Source: Bdellovibrionota bacterium (GTDB lineage: Bacteria > Bdellovibrionota_C > UBA2361 > OMII01). From it: 19,804 nt of DNA. This document shows positions 7,988 through 16,323 of the stretch, one piece after another. The stretch's first letter is position 1; every line of letters begins with the position of its first letter. The notes below the pieces were generated by a model, which was not told where the DNA came from, did no database searches, and saw nothing but the letters and a program-made list of their open reading frames with translations. Location: assembly GCA_044356215.1 (NCBI GenBank), contig JBIKWQ010000062.1, forward strand, positions 1-19,804. The letters are read 5' to 3'. Made by a program: the position numbers and the translations under genes.

Positions 7988-8016
7988 ATTATGCAGGGTC
8001 GGAGGTCTTGTGTCAA
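7988..8016 (-). promoter_or_regulatory. Near-consensus sigma70 promoter for the DUF4397-like gene
   Basis: Minus strand TTGACA (8016-8011), 17-bp spacer, CATAAT (7993-7988). This predicts a 5' leader of about 120 nt. Confidence 0.7.
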
Positions 8017-8069
8017 GTCCTATGCTTGGGGGGCAGGTTGATCTGATTTCTGTGTTTCCCGGGTCGATT

Positions 8070-8232
8070 TAGGGCGTCGCAGTGTTTTTGGTAAGCTGCT
8101 GAGACAATTAGTAAAATATTTTTTACCACAGAGGACGCAGAGGACACAGAGAAAACCCCATAATTGCCCATAAAATGGCCGTTCTCTGTGTCCTCTGCGT
8201 CCTCTGTGGTGATAAAGAACTGCGACGCCCTA
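8070..8232 (+). mobile_element. 163-bp MITE (non-autonomous IS derivative) with 14-bp TIRs and a 9-bp target-site duplication
   Basis: TIRs TAGGGCGTCGCAGT (8070-8083) and ACTGCGACGCCCTA (8219-8232). The direct repeat GGGTCGATT flanks it at 8061-8069 and 8233-8241. It is too short to encode a transposase, and an identical copy begins at 19678. Confidence 0.93.
8125..8210. repeat. Perfect 29-bp inverted repeat built from three 9-nt units, nested in the MITE
   Basis: ACCACAGAG-GACGCAGAG-GACACAGAG-AA (8125-8153), a 28-nt loop, and the exact reverse complement at 8182-8210. Confidence 0.95.
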
Positions 8233-8347
8233 GGGTCGATTTGTTGAATGTGACTAGTAATGCGAGACAGGGTAGAATTGGAAGGCTAGTTCGGTGCTAG
8301 AGAAAGAGCGATAATCCTGCCGATGCAGGCGTGAGCTTCTGGATAAT

Positions 8348-9682
8348 ATGCGAGGGAGAGAAGACAAAGCGAGGGCTCAAGGAGACAAAGCGCCGGAAGA
8401 TGCGCTAGCGCATCTATTTAAGCCGATCGTTATAGGAGTCGACATAGCCCCTATGGCCGTGAGGCCGAGTTTTGCGGAGATCTTGAAGCAAGCAAGAGCA
8501 GCCTCGGACTCTATCGAGAGCAGTGCTCGGGAGGGCCGTGACCGAACAGCGTTAGTTGGAGCGGATAACTTCCTACAGGTTCTCCGCGAACACAATTATC
8601 TCGGCACTAAGGTAGGAGCCCTGTTCCTATATCAGAAAGCACTTACGCATCTTAATCTCGGACAACCAAAACACGCCGTTGTTTCACTTGAGAATGCCGT
8701 TAAAATTCTCAATGAGCTTGGCTCGTCGCAAACTAATCGATCAGGAGAGAATCCCCTTAACCAAGAGCAGACACAATCATGGGCTTTTAACGCGCTTACT
8801 CCGGTTTCAAAGTCAGATGTTTGGCATGTGAAGAGTCAGTTGCTTAGGGCGTATAATAGTCTTGCATTACGCGATCCTGCTTATGCGAGTTGCATCCCGA
8901 GTTTGGCTAGTCAATTGACGAACGAAATGAAAGGAGTTGAGGAGCTTGAGGATATTGGCAGATGCTGTGCCGAGGCGCTGTCGTGCTATGCTCTCTATTT
9001 GCTAAGGACAGCAGAGAATAAAAAATCTGTGTCTCCCGAGGATTTTGTGAAGCCAGGCGAACTGCTTACCGAGGCGTACAAACTATTAAAGAGCGGATGT
9101 CAAAAGGATGATGTTGAGTTGCTACATTGTGGTATTCAGCTTGCCAATACATTAAACCTCGCGGGGAAAGTCGCGGAAGGAGCTAAGATACTGAGCGAAG
9201 TCACTGGAGAGGCGGAAAAATTCAAGCTCGTTCATGTAGACTCACTCTGGACCCGAGCAGCTCTTTGCCTAACTTTAGTGGAGCAACTATTCGAGAAGCC
9301 TCGGTTAGACGGTGAAAGATTGAAAAATTTCCGTGATAGTGTCCGAGCTCTTGGCGTCCGAGTTATACTAGGTGAAGGGGAGATAAAAGACCGTAAAGAT
9401 GTCTATCGGCTGACAGTTAATTTAATTAAAAAAGCCAACGAAGAGCTCAAAAAGGCCGAGCGAATTGTTAAAGATGAGAGGCGGGACCCATTAATTAAGT
9501 GGAGAGAGATCCAGATCCTGCAGCAAAAGCTCAGACTAGAGGCATTACCTAACGACGATAGAGCCGAAGAAAATTGCTCGAAAATAATGGCGCGGATCAA
9601 CAAACTTCGAAATGATCGGAAGAAGGCGGCCGGTAACGTGGAAGATCTATATATTGGCCCCTCAGATTTGAATGAGCCCTAG
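8348..9682 (+). CDS. Hypothetical all-alpha protein with TPR-like helical repeats
   Basis: ALFLYQKALTHLNLGQPKHAVVSLENAVKIL and LANTLNLAGKVAEGAKIL are TPR-like. The C-terminus is charged and helical. Confidence 0.65.
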   Translation: MRGREDKARAQGDKAPEDALAHLFKPIVIGVDIAPMAVRPSFAEILKQARAASDSIESSAREGRDRTALVGADNFLQVLREHNYLGTKVGALFLYQKALTHLNLGQPKHAVVSLENAVKILNELGSSQTNRSGENPLNQEQTQSWAFNALTPVSKSDVWHVKSQLLRAYNSLALRDPAYASCIPSLASQLTNEMKGVEELEDIGRCCAEALSCYALYLLRTAENKKSVSPEDFVKPGELLTEAYKLLKSGCQKDDVELLHCGIQLANTLNLAGKVAEGAKILSEVTGEAEKFKLVHVDSLWTRAALCLTLVEQLFEKPRLDGERLKNFRDSVRALGVRVILGEGEIKDRKDVYRLTVNLIKKANEELKKAERIVKDERRDPLIKWREIQILQQKLRLEALPNDDRAEENCSKIMARINKLRNDRKKAAGNVEDLYIGPSDLNEP

Positions 9683-9832
9683 TTGAGACCCGCCTGGAAA
9701 TAAATTAACGTAACTACTAACCAGAAAAGACACACCCCCTATTAGGTGGTGACAAGAAAGAAGATAGACGAAAGGTGCCATGACGGCATCAATCCAAAAA
9801 ACCGGAGAGTAGCCCCGCTATTTCAAACCACA

Positions 9833-10972
9833 ATGCCATTAAAAGTAACAAAAAATGCCAAGATAATTTCAAGCAGATGCGTCATCGCTCTTCTAGCCGT
9901 CTTTGTAATCATCGGAGCTACTTTAACTACAGCCGAGGAGTCCCCGAATCCGTTTCGTATCGGTTTTGTGGTGCCTCTATCGGGACCAACGGCAGATTTT
10001 GGCTTCGCGATACAGAGCTGTGTCGATTTGGCGCGACGAGATCGTCCGGAGCTGTTTACTAATGTACGTTTTCTTTTTGAGGATGTCGCCGCGGATCCGA
10101 AAACCGCTATCTCTGCCTTTAGAAAGCTGGTAGACGCGGAGAAAGTTGATATCACGGTTGTCTGGGGGGTGACTTTCTGTAAGGCGATATCTCCATTAGC
10201 TGAGACGCTAAAGACCCCAATGATAGGGCTCTGCTTGGACCAGGGGATCGCCATTGGTCGCCACTATGTAATTCGTTTCGCTAACACACTCGACGAGATA
10301 ATGGGGTTCCAGGCAGGGTGGCTAAGTGACCGTGGTCTTAAAAAGATCGGCATACTTCAGGCGGAGCACCCGTATCTTGAGGAGCTAACGCAGGCCTTAA
10401 AGCGAAACCTTCGGCAGGGACAGACCTTTGAGCTGTTCGATCGGATCTTAAATACCGACATGGATCAACGTTCTCAGATCCTAAAGATCCTCAGGCGTAA
10501 GGGTGATTTTGACGCGATCGGCGCCCTCCTAGCGCCGGGGCAAGTCTCAACCTTCCATCGACAAGCGCGGACTCTTGGGCTTTCGCTGCCGATATTTGGC
10601 TCTAATTTCTCTGAGTCGTCGACTGAGATAGAGGCGAGCAACGGAGCGATGAATAATCTTGTATTTTCGAGCATAGCGGTCAAGGAATCGTTTGTGAAAC
10701 GCTACCAGGGCCGGTTCAATCGTGAGAACGCGCTGGGTTTCGGAGCGGCGGCCTATGAATTCGCTATGACAGCCGGAGAGCTATTCAATAAAAACAGCAC
10801 CAAGCTCTCACCCTCTGAGGTGGTGCGGCGGATGGCTTCTGTAGGTCCGCGAGATGGCGTCGCCGCTGGGCCGTATCGCTATGTCAACACTCCGTCAACG
10901 GGCCAGTATTTTCAATTTCCAGTAACTATAAAGAAAATTCAGGACGGGCATTTTTTGCAGGAGGGGAGTTGA
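9833..10972 (+). CDS. LivK/LivJ-like (type 1 periplasmic fold) ABC substrate-binding protein, with no permease nearby
   Basis: FRIGFVVPLSGPTADFG, FED...DPKTAISAFRKLVDAEKVD and an N-terminal hydrophobic segment. ATG 9833 is preferred over GTG 9746 because it places the signal sequence near the N-terminus. Confidence 0.85.
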   Translation: MPLKVTKNAKIISSRCVIALLAVFVIIGATLTTAEESPNPFRIGFVVPLSGPTADFGFAIQSCVDLARRDRPELFTNVRFLFEDVAADPKTAISAFRKLVDAEKVDITVVWGVTFCKAISPLAETLKTPMIGLCLDQGIAIGRHYVIRFANTLDEIMGFQAGWLSDRGLKKIGILQAEHPYLEELTQALKRNLRQGQTFELFDRILNTDMDQRSQILKILRRKGDFDAIGALLAPGQVSTFHRQARTLGLSLPIFGSNFSESSTEIEASNGAMNNLVFSSIAVKESFVKRYQGRFNRENALGFGAAAYEFAMTAGELFNKNSTKLSPSEVVRRMASVGPRDGVAAGPYRYVNTPSTGQYFQFPVTIKKIQDGHFLQEGS

Positions 10973-11022
10973 CGGGGGTCTGAGTCAGTCAGATGCGACG
11001 CGGAGTTTGCTCCCTCTCTCTT

Positions 11023-12255
11023 TCAGCGTCGCGCCTTTTGTTCTTTTAAAGCCCGTGTCTGTTCCTCGATTTGCTTCCTGAGGTTTTCGGTGAATCCCGC
11101 CGGAGTAAGGATGCTTAAAGCTATCTTGCTATCGGGAAATGATTGATTAAAAGCTAAAACATTATCGCTGACGCCATGCATCCCTCCAAACACGAATACC
11201 GCGGCATTAGAGCCGTGACGAGCCGCGTGATTTACCATATTCCTCAGTAAGAACCGCTCACGAAACTCCCCATTAATCAACAGTAGGCGAGAATCTATCG
11301 GTTCTTGACTAAGTTTCAAGCCTTGCTGATGTAAAAGTCGCGATTCGCCTGGCAGAATATGCTTTACAACCCCATCTAGATAACTTCCCTCTATGGCGTT
11401 AAACACCATGGCCCCTCCGAGTACATCTTGAATTACCAGCGCATCTTGAAGGGCTTTTTTGTAAGCGCCGTATGAGGTTGTTCCGAGTTTGAATTGATTA
11501 AACGCGGCATCGTGATCAGACCATGCCTGGGAGATTCGTTGCCGGCTCTTCAGCGCTAAGCTAAAACCATCTCTCTTGAAATCATTAAGTAGGTTCATCC
11601 GCCCTGAAACCGTTTCTGGAAAACTTCCCTCCTTCCAAACACCGTCGATTCCGTAATTGCTTGAGAGAAATTTAAGGATCTCCTTGATATTGTTCTGGAC
11701 CACTTCGACTTGTGATCTTTCGCTATTGAATTTAGCTACGATGCGAGCGCGTTCATCAGGAGGAAGTGTTGGGTTAGCGGCCCCTGAGCTGTATAAATGT
11801 GACAGAATCATCTGACACAGAGAACCTCCGTGGTAGTCTTGGATAAAGAAGATCCTAAGCGCGGGATTTGTTGGGTTAATCACATGCTTCACGTCTTCAG
11901 CGCCGGGTATTTGCGATGGTGGATTCAGAAGGAGGCTTAGTGTTTGCGCCGGGGAGGAGCTGGCTGGAAATTCCCTTAAATCGGGTAGGTCTTTATTCCA
12001 ATCGCCCATAGCCCGCGTCAAATCTTGCTCGGTGGGGATCGAGTTACCATCACTAATAGGATACGGCGGGAGAGAGTCTAGACGGGGTAGCTGAGGAGGC
12101 CGTTGTATCTCTGATTCTCTAGGTGGTTGGGTAGTGGCCGTGATGCTTCCCGATTCGGCTGGACCGCCTTCAGTTCTTTCGCTGTCTGACGGGCTAAAGG
12201 TGCACCCTGTAAGTGAGGCGAGTAAGCCAAGAGCCGTAGCTTGAGCGACTTTCAT
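11023..12255 (-). CDS. Lipoprotein with a Pro-rich linker and a putative Tiki/TraB/EreA-like metal-binding domain
   Basis: Lipobox LTG-C18, then motifs IFFIQDYH, GVWKEG, FRERFLLRNM and VFVFGGMH. Confidence 0.65.
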   Translation of the reverse strand: MKVAQATALGLLASLTGCTFSPSDSERTEGGPAESGSITATTQPPRESEIQRPPQLPRLDSLPPYPISDGNSIPTEQDLTRAMGDWNKDLPDLREFPASSSPAQTLSLLLNPPSQIPGAEDVKHVINPTNPALRIFFIQDYHGGSLCQMILSHLYSSGAANPTLPPDERARIVAKFNSERSQVEVVQNNIKEILKFLSSNYGIDGVWKEGSFPETVSGRMNLLNDFKRDGFSLALKSRQRISQAWSDHDAAFNQFKLGTTSYGAYKKALQDALVIQDVLGGAMVFNAIEGSYLDGVVKHILPGESRLLHQQGLKLSQEPIDSRLLLINGEFRERFLLRNMVNHAARHGSNAAVFVFGGMHGVSDNVLAFNQSFPDSKIALSILTPAGFTENLRKQIEEQTRALKEQKARR

Positions 12256-12433
12256 AGATTACACCAAAAGCATCACTCGAGACTCGTTCGCGACACAATC
12301 GAAATTCAGCGGTTTTAAGCAGGAGCCTAATCAAATACGAAGAGGTATCTCTTATTAGTGTGCGTGAGATCGCGATCCTTAGTCAACAAGGGCGTGTGGG
12401 TCTATACCCTGGATAATACAGCAAAGGATGGCC

Positions 12434-12467
12434 CGCCATCCGAAGCTTCCGCAGGAAGCGAATGGCG
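12434..12467 (-). repeat. Bulged GC-rich hairpin 3' of the tRNA (REP-like element or terminator)
   Basis: Outer stem CGCCAT/ATGGCG (12434-12439, 12462-12467) and inner stem GCTTCC-GCA-GGAAGC (12445-12459). Confidence 0.45.
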
Positions 12468-12498
12468 CGTGGGTTACCCGAGATACTACAGTCAAGGA

Positions 12499-12574
12499 TG
12501 GAGCCGCCCATGGGAATCGAACCCACGACCCCATCATTACGAATGATGTGCTCTACCAACTGAGCTAGAGCGGC
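12499..12574 (-). tRNA. tRNA-Thr (anticodon CGU)
   Basis: Reverse complement GCCGCTCTAGCTCAGTTGGTAGAGCACATCATTCGTAATGATGGGGTCGTGGGTTCGATTCCCATGGGCGGCTCCA is 76 nt. It has acceptor stem GCCGCTC/GGGCGGC, anticodon arm CATCA-TTCGTAA-TGATG, a GTTCGA T-loop and an encoded CCA. Confidence 0.97.
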
Positions 12575-12694
12575 AAAGGATAGTCGCTGAGATAAACCAG
12601 CTAACTAAAATTTAAGATGCCACAGTTACAAAAAAAGATACAGTAATCTTAAACTCTACTCCCCTCCGAGTATGACAGTGGTTTAATTTTGCGA

Positions 12695-13726
12695 TTACAT
12701 CCTCGCCAATACCCCAGTCGCTCTGGCGGCGGCGAAGATCGCTAGATATGGGAAGAAATCTAGGGGAGTTGAGCTTAGTCCTAAAACACACCGGATTAAC
12801 GAAACTGTGATGGCCGCGAGCGCGACTATAAAAGCGGCGACTACAACTTTGCTCGCAGGTAATGGATGCTCCTTGATCGAGATGTCGTGGTGGATCTGAC
12901 GTAGCTTCATCGAATTGATAAAGGCGACCGGATCGGTGTTGAGCCCATTAAATGAGATCGTCACGTGAGGTGTCTTGAGCCACTTTCTAAGTCGCATGAT
13001 CGCTCGGGTCACGATATTTCTCTTTCTTAGATAGTGCTCAGATAGCATCAGATTTAGCTGCTGAAAGCGCGGAGTGATCACTGGCCACGCGCCCTCGATA
13101 TCCGCCCATCCGAGGTGACCAGTTTTAATGAAAAACAGTCCATCTCTCTCAACTGAGGCAACCGGTTTTGGAAGTAAGATCAGCGCGAGATTTCTGGCGC
13201 CCAAATCAAGGGCCATGAAAGCGAAAACAAGAGCGGCCGCACGGTGATTCGGAGACCCGTTGGCGGTTTTTAAAGAGTCATACGCGGCGTAGAGGATCGC
13301 GCAGGCGAAAGCGACCTTGATCAATGTGGAGCTAAAGCGCTGTCTGATAAAGAGTGGGGCGATCGTGAATGCGTGGTGTGAGGAGGTCCCTTGAGAGCTT
13401 GTTCGACCTCTCTGCTGTTGAGAGTTTCTTGTCGCTTGATCTCGCTCCTGACGCTCTGTTCGTCCGGCACTGGAATTTGAGGCGCGACCTGTATGCGCGT
13501 TTGAGTGCGCAGGTTGTCGTGGCTCCTTGCCCATCTTGCGGAGTTCGCTCATGGCGTTGTTGATTTTCTGGGCTTGTTGCTCCGCTTTAGCTTTGAGGCG
13601 CTCATCGCTCTGGAAGCGGTCAGGGTGCCATACCCGCATCATATCTTTGTATGCCTGCGTGACCTCCTCCCATGAGGCGTCGGGGGCCAATCCTAGGGTG
13701 GCTAGATGTTCGGCGCGCTTATCCAT
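12695..13726 (-). CDS. Class C J-domain (DnaJ-domain) membrane protein
   Basis: N-terminal J domain LGLAPDASWEEVTQAYKDMMRVWHPDRF...AQKINNA with an intact HPD, a polar linker, two TM helices, a soluble domain and two further TM helices. Confidence 0.85.
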   Translation of the reverse strand: MDKRAEHLATLGLAPDASWEEVTQAYKDMMRVWHPDRFQSDERLKAKAEQQAQKINNAMSELRKMGKEPRQPAHSNAHTGRASNSSAGRTERQERDQATRNSQQQRGRTSSQGTSSHHAFTIAPLFIRQRFSSTLIKVAFACAILYAAYDSLKTANGSPNHRAAALVFAFMALDLGARNLALILLPKPVASVERDGLFFIKTGHLGWADIEGAWPVITPRFQQLNLMLSEHYLRKRNIVTRAIMRLRKWLKTPHVTISFNGLNTDPVAFINSMKLRQIHHDISIKEHPLPASKVVVAAFIVALAAITVSLIRCVLGLSSTPLDFFPYLAIFAAARATGVLARM

Positions 13727-13922
13727 ACTTAACTACTCACCGGATCTGTTGGTAGGTTATGCCCTCTCCGGTCTTTTGAGTGACTTAACCGCCATTCTTG
13801 GGCTAAAATGTTTACCTTACCCCACCAAGATAGCTTCTGTGGCGTATTTATCAATCACATGATATGATCTTGTTGAGTAAAGACAAAGCGACACCTTCAT
13901 AACCTATAAAAGGAACAAACTC

Positions 13923-14807
13923 ATGGATACCGAGATTATCTCAAAGCTCACCAAGGGCTATACAGAGGCTATCCTTGAAGGTGAGGCGGATAAAGCCCAT
14001 AAAGTGATCGACCAGGGGTTGGCCGCCGGAGTCATTCCTTCAAGGCTCTACCTTGAGGTGTTGATGCCAGCGCAGATAGAGATAGGCGCTAGGTGGCACC
14101 GCGGCGATGTGACGATTCCACAGGAGCACATCGCGACCCAGATCACACTGCGCCAGATGGCGCGTCTAAGGGCTATGTTAAAGACACGTTTGAAGCTAGG
14201 CCTGCGCGCTGTAGTTAGTTCAGTTGAGGGAGATCAACATTTTCTGGGGGCGCAGGCTATGGCGGACTTCCTTGTTGTTGATGGATGGGAGGTTGATTTC
14301 TTGGGAGCTGATGTTCCAACGGATCATCTGGTGCCATACGCCAAAGCGCGTGGCGCTCATTTAGTTTGTCTATCAGTTTCGCTGTCGTCTTTGGCGCCAG
14401 TGGCGGGCAAGGCGGTGATTGAGCTTAGAAAGATCCCGGCAGCTCCAAAGATCCTTTTAGGGGGAGCTGCTTTTGTGAATCAGCCGCGGTTAGTTGAAGA
14501 GGTCAAACCAGATGGCTTCACATTAGATCCGCAGAAGGCGGTGACTATCGCTCGCCAGGTGTGTGGCTTATTAAACGCCGAGAACGCGCTGGCTTTATAT
14601 CTGCGGAAGCTTGGTCACTCAGTACACGAATATCGTAAGTTACGTGGAATGAGTCAGCAGGAGCTGGCTGATTCATCCGATCTAGATCGCGCTTACATCA
14701 GTTCGGTTGAACACGGTAAGCAGAATATTAGTATCGGCGCGATATCGAAGTTAGCCAAGGCGATGGACTTATCGATTGAGGAGTTATTGCTAGGATCTGG
14801 CTACTGA
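13923..14807 (+). CDS. Cobalamin-binding transcriptional regulator: B12 cap + Rossmann B12-binding domain + C-terminal XRE/HTH_3
   Basis: W58-x9-E68H69, D104-x-H106-xx-G109, LVCLS and ILLGG. Residues 230-290 (LGHSVHEYRKLRGMSQQELA...DRAYISSVEHGKQNIS) form a canonical XRE HTH. SD AAGGAA lies upstream. Confidence 0.88.
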   Translation: MDTEIISKLTKGYTEAILEGEADKAHKVIDQGLAAGVIPSRLYLEVLMPAQIEIGARWHRGDVTIPQEHIATQITLRQMARLRAMLKTRLKLGLRAVVSSVEGDQHFLGAQAMADFLVVDGWEVDFLGADVPTDHLVPYAKARGAHLVCLSVSLSSLAPVAGKAVIELRKIPAAPKILLGGAAFVNQPRLVEEVKPDGFTLDPQKAVTIARQVCGLLNAENALALYLRKLGHSVHEYRKLRGMSQQELADSSDLDRAYISSVEHGKQNISIGAISKLAKAMDLSIEELLLGSGY

Positions 14808-14809
14808 CC

Positions 14810-16297
14810 TTATTCGATCTCCGCGTGAGCGGGCAGGGAGCCTCGTAAGGTGTCTTGCTCCATTCGAAGCCACGCTAAATAACGCCTCCTACGATCAGGG
14901 TTCTCGCAGCGGTACTCCTTCACGGGTGGATCCCCGACGAAATCTCGGGGATCCTTACCCGGGTAGATCGCCGACCAAGCGGCGCATGCCGCACCATGCG
15001 CCCCTACATCGCGCGCATCGACTAATCGGCGCAGAGTGTGTCCTGATATATCAGCGATATAACGCAAGAGATAATCCGACGCGGCGCCTCCACCTGATAC
15101 GTCGATCTCCACAGGAAAAGCATCGCCGAATAACCCCTTCTCGTGACATTCCTCGATCATCCTGATGATTAAGTTGCCGACGTTCTCGACGACCGCGCGC
15201 ACTCGGTCTGAGATCTCCGCGCCAGCGCGACAAACCGTCACGTTCGGGACTCCATTAGGAAAGATGGGGCCCTGTGGCTCGTGATTAGTCCAATACGCTG
15301 TGGCTAATCCATTCGGATTGGACCCATAAGCCTTATTACAGAGGAGATCTAGTTCATTTGTGTCGGCTGCCCAGCTACGCCTAAGGGGCTCTAGTAGGAC
15401 CGTTCCTGTCACTGATGAGGTGCTCTCAATCATGAAGCGGTATTCAGGCGTCTGCAGACCGCCGAGTTGTTGCGAGTAAAGTACACCTGTTTTAAGAGAT
15501 GGCTGCCGAACTATCCGTGAGCTTGTGGCGATACTCAGAGAGGCGATCGTCCCCAGATTTAGCAGCGGTCTAGAGCTAATAACAAAACGACCGAAGAGGG
15601 CCGACTGCTGATCCCCTAGAAGAGCCATTAGAGGGGCATCGTTGTAGACTAGATGTTCACTTAGCGATGGAACAATCCGCGGCAAAGTTCTGATATCCAC
15701 TCCAAAGCGTGAGCATAACCACTGATTCCAAGAACGATCCTCGAGCGAGTAAAGCATCGTCCGCGCCGCCATAGTGTCATCGGTGATAAACAACCTGCCG
15801 TCAGAGAGGCGATCAACTAAGTAGGTGTCTAGTGTCGCCACTCGCACGGAGTGATCAAGAAATCTCTTCCTTAAAAGAGCGATCTTAGGCGCGGCGAAAT
15901 TAGCAAGGGTCGGGAGGCCTGTTATTCCGGAGATCCGCTCTCTTCCTGGACCTAGATCATCGATCGTGGGTTGAGTACGAGTGTCAGCCCAAGTGATTAT
16001 AGGGTGTTCGATCGCGCCACTATCAGCGCGCCAAGCTAGCACACCTGATCGTTGAGTGGCTAATCCCCAACCTCGGATAGGGCGACCATCACTAGTGGAC
16101 AGATCTTTGGCTCTCTGAATAAGTGACCTGATCGATAGCAAGATCTCTTCGGGATCCTGTTCAACTGTCGCGTCGACACGGGTAACAGGGGGCGCGGGGC
16201 TCGTCCAGCTTGATACCGTCGCTCCTGATTGATCAAGTAAAAGCCCCTTTGTTGAGCTCGATCCCTGATCGATTCCTAAAAACAGTTCGGGCCGCAT
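14810..16297 (-). CDS. FGGY-family carbohydrate kinase, divergent glycerol-kinase-like
   Basis: LGIDQGSSSTK, VEQDPEEI, ATQRS, TWADTR, AARTMLY, GDQQSALFG, NLGT and VSGGG. SD AAGGAG lies upstream. Confidence 0.85.
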   Translation of the reverse strand: MRPELFLGIDQGSSSTKGLLLDQSGATVSSWTSPAPPVTRVDATVEQDPEEILLSIRSLIQRAKDLSTSDGRPIRGWGLATQRSGVLAWRADSGAIEHPIITWADTRTQPTIDDLGPGRERISGITGLPTLANFAAPKIALLRKRFLDHSVRVATLDTYLVDRLSDGRLFITDDTMAARTMLYSLEDRSWNQWLCSRFGVDIRTLPRIVPSLSEHLVYNDAPLMALLGDQQSALFGRFVISSRPLLNLGTIASLSIATSSRIVRQPSLKTGVLYSQQLGGLQTPEYRFMIESTSSVTGTVLLEPLRRSWAADTNELDLLCNKAYGSNPNGLATAYWTNHEPQGPIFPNGVPNVTVCRAGAEISDRVRAVVENVGNLIIRMIEECHEKGLFGDAFPVEIDVSGGGAASDYLLRYIADISGHTLRRLVDARDVGAHGAACAAWSAIYPGKDPRDFVGDPPVKEYRCENPDRRRRYLAWLRMEQDTLRGSLPAHAEIE

Positions 16298-16323
16298 AAT
16301 GCATCAAGCTCCTTAACCACCCT

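Noticed and set aside
8348..12498. Genomic island integrated at tRNA-Thr
   Set aside because: No integrase is present, and I found no convincing duplication of the tRNA 3' end, only an 8-nt echo at 12424-12431.
12358..12546. 62-aa ORF ending WSRPWESNPRPHHYE
   Set aside because: It is the antisense translation of the tRNA gene.
13923..14807. Corrinoid methyltransferase protein or restriction-modification controller (C protein)
   Set aside because: No methyltransferase partners or R-M genes are nearby. Wx9EH plus the fused HTH fits a B12-sensing regulator better.
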